NCBI GenBank assembly: GCA_034520945.1
Contig: JAXHNB010000001.1
Coordinates: forward strand, 224,001-288,000
Length of the DNA: 64,000 nt
Reading direction: 5' to 3'
Source of the DNA: Trueperaceae bacterium
GTDB lineage: Bacteria > Deinococcota > Deinococci > Deinococcales > Trueperaceae
Part shown: piece after piece, positions 1-9,586 of the stretch
Layout of the letters: each line of letters begins with the position of its first letter
How positions within the stretch are numbered: the stretch's first letter is position 1
Notes under the pieces: model-generated
Databases searched by the model: none
The model's input: only the letters and a program-made list of their open reading frames with translations
What the model was told of the DNA's origin: nothing
Made by a program: the position numbers and the translations under genes

Positions 1-501
1 GACCCGCGGCAACGGGAACACGGCCGGGCCCGCCACCGCGCGTCCCGCGCGTTCCGGGTCGAACACGCTGAGGTGGCAGGGGCAGACCAGGCTCGGGCCG
101 TCCGCGCGGTAGTTGAACGCGAACGCGATCGCCTCCAGGTCGCGGTTCAACGACACCGTGCATTGCTGGTGGGTGCACACCCGGCTGAACGCCGCCAAAT
201 GAACGTCGTCCCTCGGCGTGATCCCGCCGGAGATCGGGGCCGGCAGGCGCACGGCCAGCGCCGGCGTGCCTTCGTAGCGAAACGGCGTTGCCGCCCAGGC
301 GGCCCCGAACGACGCCAGCGGCCCCACCCGCACCGGCGGGCCGTCCCGGAACCGCGGCTCGGCTCGGGGGGGCCGCTTGAAGAAGTGCGTGCGGATGGCT
401 TCGTAGGCGCCCCACGCCCCGCCCCCCAGCGCCAGGAGCACCGGCAGGCGCCACAGCCACGCGGTCGCCCGGCGGCGCTGGGGGTCCGGCGGACCGCTCA
501 C
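1..501 (-). CDS. Rieske 2Fe-2S protein (3' end beyond window edge)
   Basis: Manual translation from GTG 501 (GTGA overlap with the upstream stop): MSGPPDPQRRRATAWLWRLPVLLALGGG...FSRVCTHQQC...LVCPCHLSVFDP...GPAVFPLPRV. Both Rieske boxes are present. Absent from the ORF track because there is no stop in the window. Confidence 0.85.
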   Translation of the reverse strand, partial: MSGPPDPQRRRATAWLWRLPVLLALGGGAWGAYEAIRTHFFKRPPRAEPRFRDGPPVRVGPLASFGAAWAATPFRYEGTPALAVRLPAPISGGITPRDDVHLAAFSRVCTHQQCTVSLNRDLEAIAFAFNYRADGPSLVCPCHLSVFDPERAGRAVAGPAVFPLPRV

Positions 502-2102
502 GGCCCGAAGGTGGCGACGACGTAGTCGCGCAGGACCTCGATCTCACCCTCGGAGAGGGAGGCCGCGAAGCCCGGCATGGTGCCACGGCCGAAGCGGATC
601 AGACTCTCCACGTTGGCGGGCCGGCCGGCGTTGCGGTTGCCGCTCAGGCGCGGCCCGATCCCGCCGCCGCCGTCCTGCCCGTGGCATTCGGCGCAGTTCT
701 CGGCGAAGAGGCGGGCGCCTCGGGGTTCGCCTTCTGCGCGTGGGCCGAGATCCTCCCCGTTGCCCGGCCCGGCCTCGGGGGCGGGACTGGGCGCGCCGCC
801 GGCCCCGGGCACGCCCGGACGGGGGAGCGATACGTCCGCCCGGGCCGCGTCGCCGTCGCGCAGGGCCCGCGCCCGCTCGATCAGCCCGGGCACGCGCCCC
901 GGATCGTCGGTGCGGCGTAGGTGGTCCTCCCAGGCGTCGATGGCCAGGTCGTAGTCTTCGGCGCTGAACGCGGCGTTGCCGAGGAATAACAGTGCGTTCT
1001 CCGGCAGGGGCGCCAGTCGGCCCTGGGCGGCGTCGCGGGCGCGCGACAGCATGGCCAACGCGTCGTCGTTGCGGTCGCTCAGGAACAGCAGTTCGCCGAC
1101 CCGGGCCAGGGCGGTGGGGTGTTCGGGGTCGAACTCTCTCAGCACGCGCAGGTAGGCGTCGGCGGCCAGGCTGCGGGCGTCGGCCGCCCACAACGCCTCG
1201 GCGAGGGCCAGCTGGTTCGCCAGGGTGGGCTCGGCGTCGACCGCCTCGGCGCGGGCCGTGATCTCGTCCAGTTGCGCGAGGCGCTCCTCCACCGCGGCGT
1301 CGCCCGCGCCCTCCTCGGTGGCGGCCAGATCGGCGTAGGCCTGGCGCGCCGCGGCGTAGTCACCGGTCGCGAAGTACAGCTCGCCCAGGGTGCCGAGCGT
1401 ATTCGGATCCTGAGGCGCCCGCGTACGAGCCTGCTCCAACAGCACGCGCGCACGCTCCATGTCCTCCCGAAGCGCCAGCAGCCCCAGGCGTTGGTAGGCG
1501 CGGGCCGGCGCGTCGTCGTGCTCCTCCACCGCCGTCCGATAGGCCTCTTCCGCGCCGTCCGCGTCCTCCAGGCGCCAGTAGGCGTCGCCGAGCGCCGCCC
1601 ACGTCTCGCCGCTGGGGGCGGCCTGGGCCGCCTGCCGCAGGTCACGGATGCGTTCGGCCGCATCGAGGTCCTCCTGGAACGCCGTCGTGAGCGTCCCCTG
1701 CCCGACGCGGGGCAGCACGTACCCGCCCAGCGTCGCCGCGATCCCGACCGAGACGGCCAGCAGCCCGACCAGGCCCCAGGGGGCGCGCCTCGTCGGTGCC
1801 GCGGCGCGGGGTTGCCAGCGACCCTCGAGCTCCGCGCGGCGTTCGTCCAGGGCGCGTAGCACCTTGGCGGCCTTGGCTTCGTAGCGGGCGCGCAACTCGC
1901 TGCGTCGCGCGTCGCTCAGGTCGTGGCGGGCGTCCAGTTCACGGATGGCGGCCAGCAGGGCGTCGCGCTCCTCCTCCAGGTCCTGCAGAAGGGGGTCGCG
2001 CTCGTCGGGCAGCGGATCGGCCTGGCCCGGCACCGCCAAGGGCAGCAGGATCAACGCCGCCAGCGCCAGCGCCAGCAGCGCGATCAGGACAGCCGTCATC
2101 AC
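498..2102 (-). CDS. CcmI/CycH-like TPR protein with C-terminal class I cytochrome c domain
   Basis: N-terminal TM plus CcmI-like 'LEEERDALLAAIRELD...LRARY' segment, second TM, TPR-like helices, C-terminal CAECH...GRGTMPGF; follows ccmH. Confidence 0.8.
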   Translation of the reverse strand: MMTAVLIALLALALAALILLPLAVPGQADPLPDERDPLLQDLEEERDALLAAIRELDARHDLSDARRSELRARYEAKAAKVLRALDERRAELEGRWQPRAAAPTRRAPWGLVGLLAVSVGIAATLGGYVLPRVGQGTLTTAFQEDLDAAERIRDLRQAAQAAPSGETWAALGDAYWRLEDADGAEEAYRTAVEEHDDAPARAYQRLGLLALREDMERARVLLEQARTRAPQDPNTLGTLGELYFATGDYAAARQAYADLAATEEGAGDAAVEERLAQLDEITARAEAVDAEPTLANQLALAEALWAADARSLAADAYLRVLREFDPEHPTALARVGELLFLSDRNDDALAMLSRARDAAQGRLAPLPENALLFLGNAAFSAEDYDLAIDAWEDHLRRTDDPGRVPGLIERARALRDGDAARADVSLPRPGVPGAGGAPSPAPEAGPGNGEDLGPRAEGEPRGARLFAENCAECHGQDGGGGIGPRLSGNRNAGRPANVESLIRFGRGTMPGFAASLSEGEIEVLRDYVVATFGP

Positions 2103-2608
2103 CGCTCCTCACGCTCCTCGTCGGACGCGATCAGCGCGGCGCGGACGCGCGCGCGTTCCTCCTCCGGCGGGGCCTCCTGCTGCGCCTGTGCCCGCGCGAC
2201 CCGCGTCCAGCGCACCACCAACAACGTCAGGCCGCCCGCCCCCGCCGCCAGCGCGATCCCTGGGAGCCACCACACCCACAGGTGAATCCCGCGCCGCGGC
2301 GGCTCCAGCAGGATCCAATCCCCGTAGCGTTCCTGGAAGAACGCCAGGATCTCCGCCTCGCTGCGGCCCGCCTGAAGCTGCTCCTGGATCTGGTCCCGCA
2401 TCTGGATCGAGATGCGCGCGCTGGAGTCCGCCACCGACTCCGACACGCAGGTGGGGCAGCGCAGCTGGCGGGCGATCTCGAACACGCGGGACTCGAGCTG
2501 CACCTCGCCGGACCCGGCGGACGCGCCTTGTTGCGCGCGCACCTCTGGAGCGGCCACCAGCGCCAGGCACGCCACCGCCACCGCCAGCCACATCGGGCGA
2601 AGCACCAT
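2099..2608 (-). CDS. ccmH: cytochrome c biogenesis protein CcmH/CcmL
   Basis: LRCPTC..ESVADSSA..RYGDWILLEPP motifs; ATG at 2608 within track ORF 2099..3241. Confidence 0.9.
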   Translation of the reverse strand: MVLRPMWLAVAVACLALVAAPEVRAQQGASAGSGEVQLESRVFEIARQLRCPTCVSESVADSSARISIQMRDQIQEQLQAGRSEAEILAFFQERYGDWILLEPPRRGIHLWVWWLPGIALAAGAGGLTLLVVRWTRVARAQAQQEAPPEEERARVRAALIASDEEREER

Positions 2609-3153
2609 CACGAGTCCCGCAGCGCGGCGAGCTTCTCTTCGAGGATCTCCGGGCCGACGGGCCCGGTGTGCTTGTACATCAGGGTGCCGTCCCGACGAAT
2701 GAAGAACGTCTCGGGCACCCCGAACAGGCCGAACTCGATCGAGGCGCGGCTGTCGTCGTCGATGACGTTCGGGAAGCTCAACCCGAACTGATCGAGGAAG
2801 GCCCGCCCCTCCTGGCGTTTGCCGCGGTCCTGCGTTTGGACGCCGATGAACGTCACCGCGTCCCGGTGCCGTTCCCACGCCGCCTGAAGGTCCGGCGCCT
2901 CCTCGTAGCACGGGCCGCACCAGGACGCCCAGAAGTTGACGACCAGGGGACGCTCGCCCAGCAGCTCCTCCAGGTCCAGGCGCGGTCCGTACTCCGCCTG
3001 GTACCGCGGGTACAGCGGCAGGTCGATCGCGGGCATGGGCCGGTCCAGCCGCGCGCTCTCGATGTTCCGGTTCGGCTCGCCGCGGAGCAGTCCGAACAGG
3101 AACAACCCCGCCAGCACCGCGGCCACGGTGAACACCAGCGCCAGGCGCCTCAC
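2608..3153 (-). CDS. ccmG: CcmG/TlpA thiol-disulfide oxidoreductase
   Basis: VVNFWASWCGPC and GVPETFFI motifs; N-terminal anchor; position in ccm operon. Confidence 0.88.
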   Translation of the reverse strand: MRRLALVFTVAAVLAGLFLFGLLRGEPNRNIESARLDRPMPAIDLPLYPRYQAEYGPRLDLEELLGERPLVVNFWASWCGPCYEEAPDLQAAWERHRDAVTFIGVQTQDRGKRQEGRAFLDQFGLSFPNVIDDDSRASIEFGLFGVPETFFIRRDGTLMYKHTGPVGPEILEEKLAALRDS

Positions 3154-5156
3154 GCCTCGGCCCTCCCGGACGCTTCGGCCCGCTGGCGGGCCGGCGCGGG
3201 ACGGCCGCTGGGCGAGAGCGCGTACCCCGTGCCCAGCACAATGATCAGGCCGCCCACCCAGATCCAGGTGACCAAGGGGCTGCGCACCGCGCGCAGCACC
3301 ACGAAGTCGCTTTCGGGGCCGACGTTGCTGGCGATGTTCAGGTACAGGTCGAACATCGGCCGGTACATCACGGCCGGCGTGGGCACCGTCTGCTGCTGGC
3401 CTTCGAACACGTTCACCCGCGGCCGCAGCGTGGTCACCTCGCGCCCGTCACGGGTCACCTCGATGACGGCGCCAGAGCTGATCCGCTGCGGGGTCCGCTC
3501 CATGAAGCGATCATTGGCGTGCAACTCGAAGCCCTGAAACGCCGCGCTGCCGCCGAAGTCGATGCGGATCTGCTGATCCACCCGGTAGGCACTGCTGCCC
3601 ATGATGCCCAGCGCGATCACCACAACGCCGAGGTGCACCACCATGCTTCCGAAGCGCCGCCGGTTCTCGTAGGCGTACGCGCGCAGCACCTGCACCGTCC
3701 CCTGGCTGCCCAGACGCACGCGCGGTGCGACGGCGCCGTAGATCAACAGGAACAGGCTCACCAGGTTCCACGCCGCGAGCCCCACCGTCAACAGTGGGTA
3801 GACCTCGCGCATGCCGAGGAGCCAGGCGGTGGCCGCCACCGCGACGCCGGCACCGCCCATCCAGGCCAGGTTGTGCCGTATGCGCTGGTCGGGCGTGCGG
3901 CGCCAGGGAAGCAACGGCCCGATTCCCATCAGGAGCAACAACCCCATCCACAGCGGGAGGCTGGCCTGGTCGAAGAACGGGGCGCCGACCGTGACCTTGT
4001 CGCCGCTGACGGCCTCGACCGCCAAGGGAAACAGCGTGCCCAGCAGCACCGCGAACGCCATGGCCAGGAACAGCACGTTGCCAGCCAGGAACGACCCCTC
4101 GCGGCTGATGGGATGGTCCAGGTCGGCACGGTCGCGAATCTGATCCCACCGCAACGCCACCAGCCCCAGCGCCACCAGGATCACCAGCAGGAAGAACGCC
4201 AGAAACACCGGCCCGACCGGGCCGTCGCCGAAGGCGTGGACGCTGCTGACCACGCCGCTGCGCGTCAGGAAGGTCCCCAGGATCGACAGCGAGAAGGTCA
4301 GCACGATCAACAGCAGGTTCCACGCCTTCAACATGCGACGCCGCTCCTGGACCTGCACGCTGTGAATGAAGGCGGTGGCGGTCAGCCAGGGCAAGAAACT
4401 GACGTTTTCGACGGGATCCCAGGCCCAGTAGCCGCCCCACCCCAGCACCTCGTAGCTCCACCAGCCGCCGGCTATGACCGCGGCGGTCAGGAAGCCCCAC
4501 CCGACCAGCGTCCAGCGGCGCGTGAGCGACATCCACTCGCTGCCCGGCCGCTTGGTAATGAGGGCCGCCATGGCGTACGCGAACGGCACGGTCAACCCCA
4601 CGAACCCCAGGTACATCAGGAAGGGATGGACCGCCATCATCCAGTGGTTCTGCAGCAGCGGGTTCGGCCCCGGCCCGTTGGCGGGCGGATTGGCCAGCAC
4701 GGCGAACGGCGGCGCGATCACGGCCGGGACCAGCACGAAGAAGGTCTGCACCCCCGCCATCACGGTCAGCGCCCAGGTGCGCAGCGGCGTGTTGGGGGCC
4801 ACCACGGCCAGCAGCGCCCAGTAGCCGGAAAGGAGCCACCCCCACAACAGCAGCGAGCCCTCCAGGGCCGCCCACAGCGTCACCACCTTCACCCAGATCG
4901 GCGCCCCCGCCCGCGACGTCTCCGCCACGTACGACACGCTGAAATCGTCGGTGAGCAGCGCGACCTCCATCACCGCGACCGACGCGGTCATCGCCAGAAA
5001 GGTCGCGACGGCGGCCAGCCGCGCCGAGGTCCGCAGCCGCGCGTCGCGCCGCCAGGCTCCGATCGCGCCGGCGACCAGGCCCCAGGCGGAGAACGCCAGC
5101 GCGAGGAGCAGCGCGGCGCCGCCCAAGGGCCCCAGTTCCAGACCGAGCGGGTTCAT
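3150..5156 (-). CDS. ccmF: heme lyase CcmF
   Basis: WSYEVLGWGGYWAWDPVEN (WWD domain), NPLLQ..MAVHP, SSVHAF. Confidence 0.96.
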   Translation of the reverse strand: MNPLGLELGPLGGAALLLALAFSAWGLVAGAIGAWRRDARLRTSARLAAVATFLAMTASVAVMEVALLTDDFSVSYVAETSRAGAPIWVKVVTLWAALEGSLLLWGWLLSGYWALLAVVAPNTPLRTWALTVMAGVQTFFVLVPAVIAPPFAVLANPPANGPGPNPLLQNHWMMAVHPFLMYLGFVGLTVPFAYAMAALITKRPGSEWMSLTRRWTLVGWGFLTAAVIAGGWWSYEVLGWGGYWAWDPVENVSFLPWLTATAFIHSVQVQERRRMLKAWNLLLIVLTFSLSILGTFLTRSGVVSSVHAFGDGPVGPVFLAFFLLVILVALGLVALRWDQIRDRADLDHPISREGSFLAGNVLFLAMAFAVLLGTLFPLAVEAVSGDKVTVGAPFFDQASLPLWMGLLLLMGIGPLLPWRRTPDQRIRHNLAWMGGAGVAVAATAWLLGMREVYPLLTVGLAAWNLVSLFLLIYGAVAPRVRLGSQGTVQVLRAYAYENRRRFGSMVVHLGVVVIALGIMGSSAYRVDQQIRIDFGGSAAFQGFELHANDRFMERTPQRISSGAVIEVTRDGREVTTLRPRVNVFEGQQQTVPTPAVMYRPMFDLYLNIASNVGPESDFVVLRAVRSPLVTWIWVGGLIIVLGTGYALSPSGRPAPARQRAEASGRAEA

Positions 5157-5581
5157 TGCAGCGTGTCCTTCAACTCGTCGACGTCGATCGGTTCGCCGTC
5201 CTTCGGCGCCTCGTACACTTCGCTGTGCTTGACCAGGAGGGTGTCCGACACGAAGGTGCCGTTCTCGAAGCGTCCCTCGACCACCACGCCGGTGTTCTCC
5301 TGGAACAGCTCGGGCGGGGCGCCGCTGTGACGGACGGGGTAGGTCGCGATGGTGTCGGTCACGTCGAACGCCAACACCAGGTCTTCACCGTCGAACGCCA
5401 CGCTGCCCTCTCGCACGATCCCACCGAGGCGCATGCGACGTTGGCTGTCCTGCGCGACCTCCTGCTGGACCTCGTTGGGGAGCACGAAGTAGACCAGCGA
5501 TTCGGTGAGGGCCCGGCTGATCATGAAGCCGGCCAGGCCCAGCACCGCCAGGCCCAGAACCGCGTACAGCCAGCGGCTCAT
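5153..5581 (-). CDS. ccmE: heme chaperone CcmE
   Basis: RLGG..GSV, PELF.E..GVVVEG, LVKHSEVY (HxxxY heme site); ATG at 5581. Confidence 0.93.
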   Translation of the reverse strand: MSRWLYAVLGLAVLGLAGFMISRALTESLVYFVLPNEVQQEVAQDSQRRMRLGGIVREGSVAFDGEDLVLAFDVTDTIATYPVRHSGAPPELFQENTGVVVEGRFENGTFVSDTLLVKHSEVYEAPKDGEPIDVDELKDTLQ

Positions 5582-5709
5582 GAGGGGTCCTCCCTTCGAA
5601 CGGCGCGACGTGCGCGCCACGCCAGGTACGTGAGATACAAGGCGTACGCCGCGGCCAGTTCGAACCAGGCCGCGGCCACCCAGGCCCAGGGGCCCCAGGA
5701 CTCAAACAC
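5578..5709 (-). CDS. ccmD: heme exporter protein D (43 aa)
   Basis: Manual translation MFESWGPWAWVAAAWFELAAAYALYLTYLAWRARRAVRREDPS*: one TM plus basic tail, overlapping the ccmC stop and ccmE start; below ORF-track length cutoff. Confidence 0.75.
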   Translation of the reverse strand: MFESWGPWAWVAAAWFELAAAYALYLTYLAWRARRAVRREDPS

Positions 5710-6430
5710 GGACGACCTCCGATTCGCGTCCCGGCGGCTCGTCACGAGCCGCGTCGCGTCGAGACTCCAATAGCGCGATCCGCGTCCGCTCCAATAGCAG
5801 GAACGCGAACGCCAACGCCGCCGCGCCCACGTTGAACAACAGGACGCGCAGCATGGTCGGATCCATCGTCACCCCACCGCCGGTGAGATCGATGGACTTG
5901 GCGGGATGCAAGGTACGGAACCACTCCGCCGCCAGGTAGTTCAGCGGCAGGCTGGCCAGCACCACGATCATGATCACGGCACTCACGCGGCCACGCCGCA
6001 CGGGATCGTCGACCAGACCCCGCACGATGAAGTAGCCCGCCAACAGCGCCACCATCAGCGCCGTCAGCGTCAGCTTGGCATCCCACGTCCAGAAGGTGTT
6101 CAGGGTCGGCTTGCTGTACGTCATGCCGCCCACGATCGTCAGCACCCCGAACAGCAAGGCGCCCTCCGCCGCCGCGACCGCGACCGCGTCCGCAGCCCGG
6201 CGGCCCCGCCACAGGAACGCCATCGCGGCGACGGCCGACACGCCGACGGCCAGGAACCCCACCCAAGCGACCGAGACGTGGGCGTACATCACACGAATCA
6301 ACTGGCCCTGGTTCACGTCCGGCGGACTGACGCGCAACGCCAGCCACGCGCCGACCAGCGTCGCCGCCACGGCGGCCAGACCGAGCGCGGATAGCCACCA
6401 AGGTCGCGGAACGGTCTCGGCCTGCTTCAT
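5702..6430 (-). CDS. ccmC: heme exporter/chaperone loader CcmC
   Basis: RVMYAHV, KPTLNTFWTWDAKLT (variant WWD motif), FRTLHP. Confidence 0.9.
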   Translation of the reverse strand: MKQAETVPRPWWLSALGLAAVAATLVGAWLALRVSPPDVNQGQLIRVMYAHVSVAWVGFLAVGVSAVAAMAFLWRGRRAADAVAVAAAEGALLFGVLTIVGGMTYSKPTLNTFWTWDAKLTLTALMVALLAGYFIVRGLVDDPVRRGRVSAVIMIVVLASLPLNYLAAEWFRTLHPAKSIDLTGGGVTMDPTMLRVLLFNVGAAALAFAFLLLERTRIALLESRRDAARDEPPGRESEVVRV

Positions 6431-6565
6431 GCGGGACCTCCTTCGCGTTTCACGGTCGCCGCGCGGCAGATGCGGGCGGGCACGACCGAGGGGACAAAGG
6501 GAGAAGGGTCGACCCCGACCCGGCCGGGGAGATCGAAGAACGGTGGGGCCGGGGACCGGGGCACG

Positions 6566-7243
6566 TCACTCCTCGACGACGAAGTGAAAGATGGCGCTGG
6601 TGACGACCAGGTACACGAGGTCGAACCCTGCCAGCAACTGTACCCACGCGCCGGACAGGGCGAGGTCGCCCGAGCGTACGATCGCGTCGGTTGAGCGGAC
6701 CGCCGCCAGCAGGACCGGAACCACCACCGGAAACGTCAATACGGGAAGCAGCGACTCGCGGGCGTGGAGGTTGGCGGTGAGGGCGGCGTAGAAGCCGGCG
6801 ATCGTCGCGAACCCCAGCGTGCCCAGCGCCACGGTCAAAACCAGCAGGCCGTAGCCCGCCCCGATCGGCGCGTCATACAGCACCGCCACGAACGGCAGCA
6901 GCACCAGGCCCAGCACCGTCATCGCGATCCAGTTGGCCGCCAGCTTGCCGAGGAACAGCGCCGCCCGCGGCACCGGCAGCGTGAGCAACTGCTCGTACGC
7001 CCCCTCGTGCAGGTCGCTCTGGTAGCCCTGTGCCGCCGTGATGACGCCGGAGAACGCCAACGCGATCCACAGCGCGCCGGGCGCCGCGCTGGTGAGCAGG
7101 GACTGCTCGCGCCCCAGCGCGAACGCCAGCACCACGAGCGTCACGCTGGAGAAGAACACCGTCGCCACGGTGGCGGCGCGGCTGCGCAGCTCGCTGCGGA
7201 CGTCCTTGTGGGCGACGGCCAGCATGGCGCGTAGGTCGTTCAC
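6566..7243 (-). CDS. ccmB: heme exporter protein CcmB
   Basis: KDVRSELRSR, PGALWIAL.F, FLGKL..NW, RESLLPVL.FP; GTG at 7243. Confidence 0.9.
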   Translation of the reverse strand: MNDLRAMLAVAHKDVRSELRSRAATVATVFFSSVTLVVLAFALGREQSLLTSAAPGALWIALAFSGVITAAQGYQSDLHEGAYEQLLTLPVPRAALFLGKLAANWIAMTVLGLVLLPFVAVLYDAPIGAGYGLLVLTVALGTLGFATIAGFYAALTANLHARESLLPVLTFPVVVPVLLAAVRSTDAIVRSGDLALSGAWVQLLAGFDLVYLVVTSAIFHFVVEE

Positions 7244-7926
7244 GGCTCGGCCTTCGACAATCGGCCCTGGTCCAACGTCAGCTGGGCGTCCACCAGCGGC
7301 GCGATCCGCTCGGCTTCGTGGCTGGCCAGCAGCACAGTGCGTCCCTCGCGCCCTGCCTGGCGCAGCATGGCGTCGACCAGGTCCCGCCCGTCCTCGTCCA
7401 GCGAAGCGTAGGGCTCGTCCAGCAGCCACAACGGGGCGTCGGCAAGCAGCAACCGTGCCAGCCCCAGCCGCCGCTTCATGCCGCTCGAGAACACCCGCAC
7501 GGGGCGGTTCGCGTGCGCCTGCAACCCGACGCGCTCCAGGGCCCGGTCCACGCGCTCTCGAACCTCTCCGGGCGGCACGGACAGCAGCGTCGCGGCCAGG
7601 CGAAGATTCTCCGCGGCCGTCAACGGGCCGTGGCTGCCGCTCTGCACGCTGAGGTAGGCCATGCAGCGCCGCACCGCCGCCCCGCCTCGCACCACGTCGT
7701 GCCCGAACACGCGCGCGCGACCGGCGCTCGGCCGCAACCGGGTGGCCAGCACGCGCAGCAGCGTGGTCTTGCCGCTGCCGTTGCGGCCGCGCAACGCCAC
7801 CACCCTCCCCGCCGTCACCTGCAGCGACACGCCGCGCAGCACCGTCTCGGCGCCCCAGCGGCGCGTCAACCCCTCCAGCGCGATGGCGGGCGTCGGGGGC
7901 GTCGGGGCAGGGGCGGCCCGGCTCAC
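7240..7926 (-). CDS. ccmA: heme ABC exporter ATP-binding protein CcmA
   Basis: GRNGSGKTT, FSSGMKRRL, LWLLDEP; GTG at 7926. Confidence 0.9.
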   Translation of the reverse strand: MSRAAPAPTPPTPAIALEGLTRRWGAETVLRGVSLQVTAGRVVALRGRNGSGKTTLLRVLATRLRPSAGRARVFGHDVVRGGAAVRRCMAYLSVQSGSHGPLTAAENLRLAATLLSVPPGEVRERVDRALERVGLQAHANRPVRVFSSGMKRRLGLARLLLADAPLWLLDEPYASLDEDGRDLVDAMLRQAGREGRTVLLASHEAERIAPLVDAQLTLDQGRLSKAEP

Positions 7927-8627
7927 AGCCGCGAGTACAGCCACTCGGGCGTGAAGCGCAGCAGGTAGTTGTTCAGGCGTGTGTACGTGCCGGTCACCAT
8001 CAGCACGCCGGCCACCACCAGCAGGCTGCCGGCGACGCGTTCCACCCACGGCATCCAACCGCGCACGCGGCGCGACATCCGCAGGAACGGCTCCAACGCC
8101 AGCGACGCCAGCAGGAACGGCACGGCCAGCCCGGCGGAGTACACCGCCAGCATGGTCACTCCCTGCCCGAGCGTCGCCTGGGCGCCCGCCATGGTGAGGA
8201 TGCCGCCCAGCACCGGCCCGATGCAGGGGGTCCAGCCCGCCGCGAACGCCATGCCCAGCAGCACGGCGCCCCATGGGGTGGTGGCGTCGTGGCGGGCCTG
8301 AACGCGGGTGTCGCGCATCAGCCACGGCAGACGAATCACGCCCAGCATCACCAGCCCGAACAGGATCACCAGCACGCCGCCCACCAGCGTCAGCTCGCTC
8401 CGATTGGCGCGCAGCAGCGAACCGAGCGCCGAGGCGGACGCCCCCAGCGCGATGAACACCAGTGAGAACCCCAGCACGAACAGCACGCTGTTCCGGATCA
8501 ACAACGCGCGGCCGGAGGCTCCGCTGCCGCCGACGTACGCCAGGTACGACGGCACCAGCGGCAGGACGCACGGCGACAGGAACGACAGCACGCCCGCCGA
8601 GAAGGCGAGGGTCAGCGTCGGCGTCAC
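7923..8627 (-). CDS. ccdA: cytochrome c biogenesis protein CcdA
   Basis: SFLSPCVLPLVP and GWTPCIGPVL motifs; GTG at 8627. Confidence 0.92.
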   Translation of the reverse strand: MTPTLTLAFSAGVLSFLSPCVLPLVPSYLAYVGGSGASGRALLIRNSVLFVLGFSLVFIALGASASALGSLLRANRSELTLVGGVLVILFGLVMLGVIRLPWLMRDTRVQARHDATTPWGAVLLGMAFAAGWTPCIGPVLGGILTMAGAQATLGQGVTMLAVYSAGLAVPFLLASLALEPFLRMSRRVRGWMPWVERVAGSLLVVAGVLMVTGTYTRLNNYLLRFTPEWLYSRL

Positions 8628-8750
8628 CAGCGGGCCACCAGGTCGATCGGAGCGAGGGAAGGGCAATGGACGGGCATCATGGACGAGTATCGAACGTATC
8701 GCGTCCACCGTGGCGATCATGTCGGACATTTGTCCTGAGCGGCGTGGCGT

Positions 8751-8824
8751 GGGGCGATCGTACGGGCGACCTCGGGCGTGCGCTGGGGTGGGGGCGATCG
8801 CGCGGGCGACCTTTGGGCGTGCGC
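8751..8824. repeat. imperfect direct repeat, two copies of 33-34 bp
   Basis: ggggcgatcgtacgggcgacctcgggcgtgcgc (8751-8783) and ggggcgatcgcgcgggcgacctttgggcgtgcgc (8791-8824). Confidence 0.75.
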
Positions 8825-8841
8825 GCGTTTTTCTGCCGATG

Positions 8842-8859
8842 TGCGCCACATGTGGCGCA
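8842..8859. promoter_or_regulatory. perfect 18-bp palindrome, candidate operator
   Basis: tgcgccacatgtggcgca in the divergent ccdA/msrA intergenic region. Confidence 0.4.
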
Positions 8860-9031
8860 TCGCTCGCGTGCCTCCTTGCGTTTCGGCCCGTAGGGCGCTC
8901 GTCAGGGACGTCGAAATTCGCCCCGAACGCGAGGATGCGGAATATGCACCGTCGCCTGCAGGCGGGCGCGTTGGTACAGGCGGCCCGTCACGTCACGCCC
9001 CTCGCCCCGGCGTGGGCCGTAGCATGGGGGT

Positions 9032-9586
9032 ATGGACGAGAACCAATCGACGCGAGCGACCGCGACCCTCGGCGGCGGCTGTTTCTGGTGCCTGGACGCC
9101 GTGTATCGCCACGTGGAGGGCGTGACGAACGTGACCAGCGGCTACGCGGGCGGGCACGTGGAGAACCCCACCTACCAGCAGGTCTGCACGGGTCGGACGG
9201 GGCACGCCGAGGTGGTGCAGGTCGAATTCGACCCCTCCGTGGTGTCGTACCGGGACCTGCTCGGCATCTTCTTTTCGGTGCACGATCCCACCACCAAGGA
9301 CCGGCAGGGGGCGGACGTGGGGCCGCAGTACCGCTCCCTCGTGTTGGCCGAAGACGACGCGCAGGAGCGGACCGCCTACGACGTCATCGCGGAGGTGGAG
9401 CGCGAAGGCGTCTGGGACGCCCCGATCGTGACCGACGTGGCGCGTCTCACCGCCTTCTACCCGGCCGAGCCGTACCACCAGAACTTCTTCACGAACTACC
9501 CGGAGCAGGCCTACTGCGCGGCCGTGATCGCGCCCAAGGTGGCGCAGTTCCGGCACCGCTTCGCGGACCGTCTGAAGACCGCCTGA
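9032..9586 (+). CDS. msrA: peptide-methionine (S)-S-oxide reductase
   Basis: GGGCFWC, TGHAEVVQ, HDPTT..RQG.DVG.QYRS, AEPYHQ. Confidence 0.96.
   Translation: MDENQSTRATATLGGGCFWCLDAVYRHVEGVTNVTSGYAGGHVENPTYQQVCTGRTGHAEVVQVEFDPSVVSYRDLLGIFFSVHDPTTKDRQGADVGPQYRSLVLAEDDAQERTAYDVIAEVEREGVWDAPIVTDVARLTAFYPAEPYHQNFFTNYPEQAYCAAVIAPKVAQFRHRFADRLKTA

Noticed and set aside
6431..6565. 135-bp purine-skewed gap between ccmB and ccmC as an ncRNA or riboswitch
   Set aside because: No recognisable conserved motif or convincing structure
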